This document shows, one piece after another, positions 60,607 to 64,000 of a stretch of DNA of 64,000 bases. Below the pieces are notes generated by a model. The model did not search any database and was not told where the DNA came from. It saw only the letters and a program-made list of their open reading frames with translations. The translations under genes and the position numbers were made by a program. The stretch's first letter is position 1. Every line of letters starts with the position of its first letter. Source of the DNA: Squalus acanthias (lineage: Eukaryota); assembly GCA_030390025.1 (NCBI GenBank), contig CM059432.1:9734001-9798000 (forward strand), in the 5' to 3' direction.

Positions 60607-62845
60607 TTAGAAAGGAGAAACAAAGTGCACTAAGGATTGGGAGAGACAGATAGCACTAGAGTAAGAAATATTGAGGTTATTAGGTGGGGTCAGACTAAGA
60701 GAGAATACAATAAGGTCGAAGACAGGTTTACAGTGCATGCATGTAAACACACTAAGCACGGTAAATAAGGTTGGTGAGCTGCAGGTGCAGATAGCCACAT
60801 GGGAATATGATGTCGTGGTGATAACGGAGACCTGGCTCAAAAAAGGGCAGGATTGGGTTTTAAATATTCCTGGATATAAGGTGTTCAGGAAAGATAGGGT
60901 AGGAAAGAGAGGAGGTGGAGTGGCAGTATTGATTAAGGAGAATGTTACAGTGCTGGAGAGAGGGATGTCCTCGAGTTAAGAAATAATAAAGGTGCCATTA
61001 CACTACTAGGTGTATTCTACAGGCCACCAACTAGTGGGAAAAATATAGAGGAGTAAATTTTCAGGGAAATTACAGAGAGGTAGAAGAACTATAGAGTAGT
61101 GATAATGGGGGACTTCAATTATCCTAATATATACTGGGATAGTAATAGCGTAAAGGGGAGAGAGGGGGAAGAATTTCTGAAGTGAGTGCAGGAGAACTTT
61201 CTTGATCAGTAAATTTCCGGCCCAACGAGGAAGGAGGCATTGCTGGATCTGGTTCTGGGGAATCAGGTGGGTCAAGTGGAGCAAGTGTCAGTAGGGGAAC
61301 ATTTAGGGAACAGTGATCATAGTATCATAAGCTTTAGATTAGCTATGGAAAAGGACAGGGAGCAATCTAGAGTAAAAATACTTAATTGGAGGAAGGCCAA
61401 TTTCAGTGGGTTGAGAACAGATCTGGTCCAGGTAAACTGTAATCAAAGATTGGCAGGCAAAACTGTAATCGAACAATGCCTTTAAAGGAGATGGTTTGGG
61501 TACAGTCGAGATACATTCCCACGAGGGGGAAAGGTAGAGCAAACAATGTCAGAGCTCCCTGGATGATGAAAGAAATAGAGAGTAAGATGAAGCAGAAAAA
61601 GAGCGCGTATGACAGATGTCAGGGTGAGAATACAAGTGAGAATCAGGCTGAATATAGAAAGATCAGAGGGGAAGTGAAAAAGAAAGTAAGAGGGGCAAAG
61701 AGAGTATGAGAATAGATTGGCAGCTAACATAAAAGGTAATTCAAAAGTCTTCTATAGGCATATAAATAATAAATGGATAGTAAGAGGAGGGGTGGGGCCT
61801 ATTAGGGACCAAAAAGGAGATCTACACATGGAGGCAGAGGGTATGGCTGAGGTACTAAATGAGTACTTTGCATCTGTCTTCACCAAGGAAGAAGATGCTG
61901 CCAAAGTCATAGTGAAAGAGGAGGTAGTTGAGATACTGGATGAGATAAAAATTGATCAGGAGTAGGTACTAGAAAGGCTGTTTAAACTTAAAGTTCATAA
62001 GTCACCAGGACCGGATGGGATGCATCCTAGGATGCTGAGGGAGGTTAAGGAGGAAATCGCGGAGGTACTGGCCATAATCTTCCAATCCTCCTTAGATACG
62101 GGGTGGTGGCAGAGGACTGGAGAATTGCAAATGTTAGACCCTTGTCCAAAAAAGGGTGTAAGGATAAACCCAGCAACTACAGGCCAGTCAATTTAACCTC
62201 AGTAGTGGGGAAGCTTTTAGAAACGATAATCAGGGACAAAGTTAACAGTCACTTGGACAAGTGTGGATTAATTAAGCAAAGCCAGCACGGATTTGTTAAA
62301 GGCAAGTCGTGTTTAACTAACTTGATCGAGTTTTTTGATGAGGTAACAGAGAGGGTTGATGAGGCCAATGCGGTTGACATGGTATATTTGGACTTCCAAA
62401 AGGTGTTTGATAAAGTGCCACATAATAGTCTTACCAGCAAAGTTGAAGCCCATGGAATAAAAGGGACAATGGCAGCATGGATACAAATTTGGCTAAGTGA
62501 CAGGAAACAGAGTAGTGGTGAACGGTTGTTTTTCAGACTCGAGGAAGGTATAGAGTGGTGTTCCCCAGGGGTCGGTACTAGGACCACTGCTTTTCTTGAT
62601 ATATATTAATGACTTGGACTTGGGTGTAAAGGGCACAATTTCAAAATTTGCAGATGACACAAAACTTGGAAGTATAGTGAACAGTGAGGAGGATAGTGAT
62701 AGACTTCAGGAAGACACAGACAGGCTGGGAAATTTAACGCAGAAAAGTGCGAAGTGATACATTTTGATAGGAAGAATGAGGAGAGGCAATATAAACTAAA
62801 GGGTACAATCCTAAAGGGGGTGCATGAGCAGAGAGACCTGGGGGT
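60607..62845 (+). mobile_element. Decayed CR1 (family B) ORF2: APE to RT
   Basis: ITETWL, YRPP, GDFN, SDH, NYRPV, QHGF, FADD across frameshifted ORFs. Confidence 0.9.
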
Positions 62846-64000
62846 TGTAGGGGGTGGTGTTTTTGTGTCAGCTTTACCTCTGACTTCTGAACGGTTCAAA
62901 TCGCTCCCACTCCCTTGGTTCTAGACCTTGGACTTATTTGGGGGTTGTGATACAAAAGGTGCAGCAGACAACTGAGTTTGATGAAAGAACTTCAATCTTT
63001 ATTAAAAGGTAAGACACAAATAATAACACTCTTAGCACTTTAAAGGTGGGGAACACTTCGGTACAAGCGAGGGAAATGACAGTAGAACAATACTTCACCC
63101 CTCCCAACCCCACTTTACTAGCTAAGTTAGGTTTTGAAGGACCAGGGATAATGCTCACCAATCCTTTGACGATTGGGCTAAATCGCGGTTTTGGGATTCG
63201 CTGTTTATGGCGGTTAGTGTCTGCCGTAACCCGTACGCGGTAGAGGACTTCACCTAGATCTCTGGTTAGTCTTCGCGAGTCCGCTGATGCGGTAGGATGT
63301 CGTTATGGATTTATCTGGTGAGTACCCAATTTCTTTGGTTTAGCAGTAGGGCTTAGAGTCTTTGGGGAAAATCTTACCCAGGGGTAAGTCAGGAGTAGTT
63401 TGTAGTGTGGAAACTTTGCGATTCTTTGGGTTTTCTTCCCTGGAGTTGGTCTTTGTTGGTCGCGGTGGCCTGCTATTACCCGGTCAGTTGGGGGTAATGC
63501 GCAGTTGTTGGTTTCGTGAGGCCTTTGGTTTCCGCGATGGCTTTAGGCCTTGTCTAGTGTGTCGGTCGACCTCGTGGAGCCGTCGGTGACTGGTTGCTGC
63601 TTGTTGCTCCGGGTGGCTGTGTTGGGGCCGTGGTTGGGGGTCCGTCGAGGTGGTGTTTTCGCGAGCTGGACTCAGGTGTGTCTGAGTGGTGAGCGATGCC
63701 GACTCGCTTCCAGCTCGGGCCTTCTTCTTCTTGCTCTCTCCTCTTCTTGCTGGCTCTCCTTCCTTCTTCTCTCTCCTGCTTCTCCTCGTGTGTGCTTGGT
63801 GGGCCTTCAATTATACAGAATTGAAGTGGTCTTATCTACCCGCCAAATCTGTTTAGTTCATTGTCTAGTTTTGGCGGGCTCGTAAATCGGTAACGATTTA
63901 CTAGCACGTTAACTGGGTTTTAACAGGCCTTCAATCTGACCCATTGAATATGGCCTTATCTACCCGCCAAATCTGTTCAGTTCATTGTCTGAATTTGGTG
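62846..64000 (-). mobile_element. LTR-like insertion running off the window
   Basis: Starts TGTAG abruptly inside CR1 (RDLG); minus-strand AATAAA near 62998; ~124-bp-period repeat at 63828/63952. Confidence 0.5.

Noticed and set aside
1..64000. CRISPR arrays, prokaryotic operons, rRNA
   Set aside because: None seen; the sequence is vertebrate-type repetitive DNA.

Overview
This is a eukaryotic, repeat-dominated window. The repeat families point to a cartilaginous fish, most likely a shark (inference). I could not confidently identify any host protein-coding gene. Most of the sequence is nested transposable elements. There are more than 20 CR1 LINE copies, including one young copy (32505-36380) with a 5'-truncated SGNH-esterase ORF1 and an uninterrupted 978-aa APE-RT ORF2. 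A second LINE family has an apparently ORF1-less copy whose 5' end is a tRNA-like head shared with a short SINE. Also present are DeuSINE/SacSINE1-like SINEs, L2-like 3' ends, several solo LTRs, a Tc1/pogo-type MITE and Penelope-like fragments carrying minimal hammerhead ribozymes. There is an unusually rich PIF/Harbinger set: one decayed two-gene element, five intron-containing Myb/SANT gene copies, and MITEs with 3-bp TSDs. The most interesting signal is a canonical -1 ribosomal frameshift heptamer (T_TTA_AAC, 33290-33296) directly before the CR1 ORF1 stop. It shifts in register into ORF2, suggesting ORF2 could be made as an ORF1-ORF2 fusion. Many boundaries of decayed repeats are approximate.
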